NCBI GenBank assembly: GCA_019828565.1
Contig: JAHDYR010000005.1
Span: 1 to 64,000, forward strand
Reading direction: 5' to 3'
Origin: Carpediemonas membranifera BICM
Taxonomy: Eukaryota; Protista; Fornicata
DNA length: 64,000 bases
Shown here in pieces: positions 60,353 to 64,000 of this stretch (position 1 is its first letter; each line of letters begins with the position of its first letter). The notes beneath the pieces are model-generated. The model was not told the origin of the DNA, searched no databases, and saw only the letters and a program-made list of their open reading frames with translations. Both the position numbers and the translations under genes were made by a program.

Positions 60353-61212
60353 GCCTAGAGGCGTCACGCAGGGCAGTCGCGGGCTACCTCGTCAAGTTCA
60401 ACGCGTCGAGAGACACCACGCTATCACACGCGGCGCAGCTCAGGCAGCACCTCATGAGCGAAGCCAAGACCTCGGGGCCCGACACGATCGGCAAGAAGGG
60501 ACACTGGATTTGCAAAGCGGCCCCACTGATCTGCGACTGGACCCCCCCGCAGGACAGCAGCGAGATCATTCGATCAGTCCGCAACGTAGCATCCACCACC
60601 AGACTGACTGGCGGGGCTCGACCGGTGACGAGCGACATAATCCGGTCGGGTTTCCGACGTTGGAAACAAGATCCGAAGACGTTCCAGGCGGTCTTGTTCG
60701 CCGCACTCTGCTTCCAAACTGTCAGCCGCGGCAAGGAAATCTTCACTCTGACGAGGGGAGACGTGACGTTCAGCCCAGAGGGCGACGCGACGCTGTTCAT
60801 GGCACGCACCAAGACTACCACAGCGGTGAAGAAGCTCGTGGTCAACGCCACCTTTGACTCATTCAACATCGCGAAGGCGCTCCAGCTTTGGGTCAACTTG
60901 GCCACGAAGCGCGACACGGATTCACTATGGAGGAAGGTCAACGGAGACACGATCAGCAAGACAGAGGGGCTGTCAGAAGGCGCAATGAGGCGCTGGATCG
61001 CAGCAGTGTTTGGCGACTCCGTCACTTGGCACAGCTTCAGAAAGGGCGCGGCGACCGAGCTCGCCGTCGCCGGCACTCCTGAGCACGTGCTGATGGCACT
61101 GGGGAACTGGCGCTCCGCGAAGAGCCTGCTGGCGTACACCGGCAATGGCATCCGCCAGCACCCCGCGGTCCAGAGAGACATCGCCAGGTCTCTTTTGGGC
61201 AAGCCACTGTAA
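59407..61212 (+). CDS. DIRS-E ORF3 tyrosine recombinase
   Basis: VSRGKEI, RTKT, HSFRKG, GNW, SLLAY. Confidence 0.9.
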   Translation: MGLTAAAAPSQVIYRAQGPLGHDRLPGDDSGVRRIQLRLGGQSIPRREQQIGAWALPPAHSERPHLHKGAFRSRSGHRTHLSTAAGAHPDSFLRQLGRSLVGQQGRIDKSRPDSHEPTPRAATTPRQQKPRGSMSSHRRTPQRGAGQAEPVHEARVVDPAFSPRANPAQLGTSAGRRDRRSHSPPGPPRIRSARMDSRRTRPVSGLDGDESLRSSSSSDDSSDISAYSDDSVADPDWIPSDVEVSCDNSDSGHPVTRTPPLASPLISSQDVLQSEPRSSVGLRAVAAGREGQDKAHRDDHQDFEFLLHHDRLSHLSLEASRRAVAGYLVKFNASRDTTLSHAAQLRQHLMSEAKTSGPDTIGKKGHWICKAAPLICDWTPPQDSSEIIRSVRNVASTTRLTGGARPVTSDIIRSGFRRWKQDPKTFQAVLFAALCFQTVSRGKEIFTLTRGDVTFSPEGDATLFMARTKTTTAVKKLVVNATFDSFNIAKALQLWVNLATKRDTDSLWRKVNGDTISKTEGLSEGAMRRWIAAVFGDSVTWHSFRKGAATELAVAGTPEHVLMALGNWRSAKSLLAYTGNGIRQHPAVQRDIARSLLGKPL

Positions 61213-61377
61213 ACATTCGATGGGATGTTTATGGTGCAGGCTGTTGCGACCTCACGGGAGGTGACAGCTAGGAGTTAATGATATCTCCTCGGCCGGCGGG
61301 ACAACCCCGTTGGATCTACAGAGTGTAGAGGGTCAGGTGGCCCGCGAGTCGGGCTTCCGCGCTGATGCAATAAAGTT

Positions 61378-61459
61378 CGACACCGATGGGATTTGAACCC
61401 ATGCTCCCAGAGGGAAACAGATTTCTAATCTGTCGCCTTAACCACTCGGCCACAGTGTC
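61378..61459 (-). tRNA. tRNA-Ser(AGA), second copy
   Basis: Reverse complement of 20535-20616. Confidence 0.95.
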
Positions 61460-61801
61460 TTGTGCCCATATAGCACTCCCCTCGGGCATCCGTAACCCGG
61501 CGAAACTGCGAACCCGTCTGACTTGGCAGACGCCTCGGCTGTCTAGCCAAACCTAACGGGGCCATCCAGGACGCTGCCGAAACGGTTGTAATCTTTATCT
61601 GTGTGGCTTCACGCCACCCAGCCGAACGCTTGTCCAACTGGGGTTCGCCTCTCCGTGGGGCAGGCTCTGCGGCCTTGGCAGGGCAGTGCAACTTCTGACG
61701 TCCCTGGTCCTGGCGCACGAATGCTGTGCGTCTTCTGCCGCGTGTTATCCGACTTGCCCTCATGGGCGTAGCTCTCCTTGGGCCGGTCGGGCGGCACATA
61801 T

Positions 61802-62220
61802 TTATGAGGTCACCCCTGTGCTCAGCGTGCGCAGGTTGTCGGTGATGAGTGCTCGGTCCACGGGCTCGTATGGCATAGTCATGAGGGCCGTCGCCTCCAC
61901 CCGGATTGTGTCCTCCACATATCTGATGAGCGACTTTGTTGTGGCCCACGTGCCGAGGGCTGCAACGACCGGGACCGGCACCACGGACAGTATCAGGTCG
62001 GCTGCACCTCCTCTGCGCAGTCTGTGTGGGGTCGAGTCGAACAGGCGCGCGACTTGTGTGAGGACGTCCTTGGACCACAGGCGTTTGCCGGCCCTCGCCC
62101 GGAGGCGCATGTAGAGCCAGAGGGCCGGTGAGAGGGGGTGTCCTTGGATCTCTGGCACACGCTTGTGGATGTTGGTGCGGCCTGTCTTCGTGCGCCTGAT
62201 GCAGATCACCAGGCCACGGC
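61802..62220 (-). pseudogene. Divergent tyrosine recombinase C-terminus (element G), interrupted by GyC
   Basis: RRTKT, HRLRRGGA, GTW, SLIRY. Confidence 0.8.
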
Positions 62221-64000
62221 TGTTGTTATGGACAGTACACCATAATTTATATATTGCAGTTTAAGACCACGACACCTATGTGTCGAAATTATAAACATTC
62301 CTGAACTAGGCTTAGTACGCCACAGTAATATTACTTGGGGGAAATGGGAAGAACATCGAGTGAAACTGTTGAAGCGCCGATTCTTAGAACGATCGACTTT
62401 AATTCATTCATGACCTTTATCGACACTTACGAGGACTATAAGCTGAAAGGAGGAAAGCGGTACATGCACGAGCTGGTTAAGGAGTCGATCCTCAAGCAAC
62501 TAAGTCTAACGCACCAGCTAAGACTGTCGGAAGTTGTGGTGGAGAGCGAAGGGGATCTCACTGAACACCAGCTCAAGAAACTGGTTCTCTCCAAGCGTGA
62601 CGAAGTGTTGAAGCAAACCCTAGCAACTGCTCTTCTACCCGATGATGACTACGAGAGAGCGAAACTATTCCAGTTCAAGCTGAGAGACAGCACCGACTTC
62701 AACACGTGGCCAACAGATATGGCGGAATACGTGGCTAAGTTCGAGCGAGTTGCCAGCGTGGTCGACATAGAAGCCATCGGAGCTGAAGCGGTCCGGAAGA
62801 TGTTTATCAGAGGCATTTCTTCGAAGCCTCTCCGTTATCGTATTGATACCCTCACCGAGGACTCTAACTTCAACGAGACGGCAGCCACGGCCATGAAGAC
62901 CGCAGCCAAGATGGCGAGCATGATGAGGGCTACGAGACCCTTCTGGGAGGAAGCAAGCGGCAAGCGCTGCAAGACCGAGACCGACAACGTCCAGAAACCC
63001 AGAGCAAAACTATCTACGTCCGTATCTCAAGCTAAGTCCAACGAACGCAGCAAGAGCAGGTGCTTTAACTGTCACCAGGAAGGGCACAGGGCTCAGGACT
63101 GTCCGAAGCCGACCCTTAAGTGCGGGATGCTCGGTCATGATGCTGCCTCTTGTCGCAAGACGGGATTCAGTGTCAATAAACGACCGCAGTATTCCCTTTT
63201 CATGACTGGTGAGGCGGAAGACAGGCCGACGATGACCGTCGAGGTCGACAAGACTGAAGCTACAGCACTGCTAGACTCGGGCGCAACGGCTAACTTCATG
63301 ACAGAAGCGATGGCGGTGAAAGCAGGCATGAATATCGAAAGAGAGAGAGTCGAAGTCAAGACTCAAGCCGGCTCTCTGTGGTCTGAAGGCTACGTGGACT
63401 GCACTGTGGCAGCGGCGAGCGTGACTGAGCGCAGGGTCACATTCAAAGAGAGATTTATAGTGTTGAAGGCACTGACTGTTGAGGTTGTACTGGGATATCT
63501 CACTCTACTCATGCTTGGGGTTTTAACAATTCCCGGCCAGGTCGCCAAGTTAGACTTACTCGTCACTGGGGATGAGAAGGAGAACGAACCTGGAGAGGAG
63601 CAGAATAATGCGGCAGAATACGTCGCTAGGTTTCCTAGACTGTTTAACATGGAGACGAGAAGGGCAAAGCTTAGACCTATGACGATCGAGGTCGGAGGAG
63701 AAGAGCCAGTACTATCGTATCCTTACAGGAAGAGCAAGCCCCAAGAAGAGGAGATTGAACGCCAGGTCGCAGACCTTGCGAGGATGGGTATAATAGAGGG
63801 AAGTCACGTAGCAAGCACAACAGTCCACTGGTGCTGGCGAGCAAGAGAGGTGGAACCTGGAGGATGTGCGTAGATTTTCGGAAACTGAACCTCCGTACGA
63901 CGCTCCAAAAGCGTCCGTTGCCGAAGATCGACTCACTGATAGAGTATGTTGAAGGTTGCAGACACTTCGCGTCTCTTGATATGAAGCATGCCTTCCACCA
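62221..64000 (+). mobile_element. Ty3/Gypsy element GyC, 5' part; putative LTR ~62221-62324
   Basis: AT-rich TG..CA segment interrupting a YR gene, then gag-PR-RT; second LTR not in window. Confidence 0.82.
62345..64000 (+). CDS. GyC gag (CCHC)-protease-RT start (frameshifts after ~63810)
   Basis: CFNCHQEGHRAQDC, LLDSGAT, WRMCVDFRKLN- and FASLDMKHAFH-like RT motifs in shifted frames. Confidence 0.88.

Larger units (their letters stand above)
57708..61353 (+). mobile_element. DIRS-like element E, apparently complete
   Basis: gag 57850-58430, RT-RH-MT 58466-60352 (frameshifts), YR to 61212; ends approximate. Confidence 0.88.

Noticed and set aside
61362-61518. Hammerhead ribozyme (CTGATG..CGAAAC..GTC)
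   Set aside because: Core reads CTGATGC rather than CTGANGA and stem I cannot form

Overview
Eukaryotic retrotransposon nest with no recognisable host protein gene. Nearly all 64 kb is nested mobile DNA around four tRNA genes (Ala-AGC, Gly-GCC, 2x Ser-AGA). Family labels below are mine. (1) Four Ty3/Gypsy families (GyA-D) with very short LTRs (65-112 bp); three carry a visible chromodomain. All three whose 5' LTR is visible have a perfect 12-14 bp palindrome where a tRNA primer-binding site should be. (2) A CRE-clade RLE non-LTR element inserted twice in tandem at the 5' end of tRNA-Ala, duplicating its first 14 nt. (3) About seven DIRS-like tyrosine-recombinase (YR) retroelements or fragments (gag, RT-RNaseH-methyltransferase-like, YR) with no visible terminal inverted repeats, arranged head-to-tail with 3' ends close to tRNA genes. 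(4) Two single-ORF APE-RT LINE families (La, Lb) with (TTTC)n tails and 17-19 bp TSDs. Region 20.5-32.5 kb is an inverted copy of parts of 39.6-61.5 kb, and 35.2-51.8 kb is a LINE-mediated tandem duplication. Many frameshifts sit in homopolymers and differ between copies, so they are probably sequencing errors.
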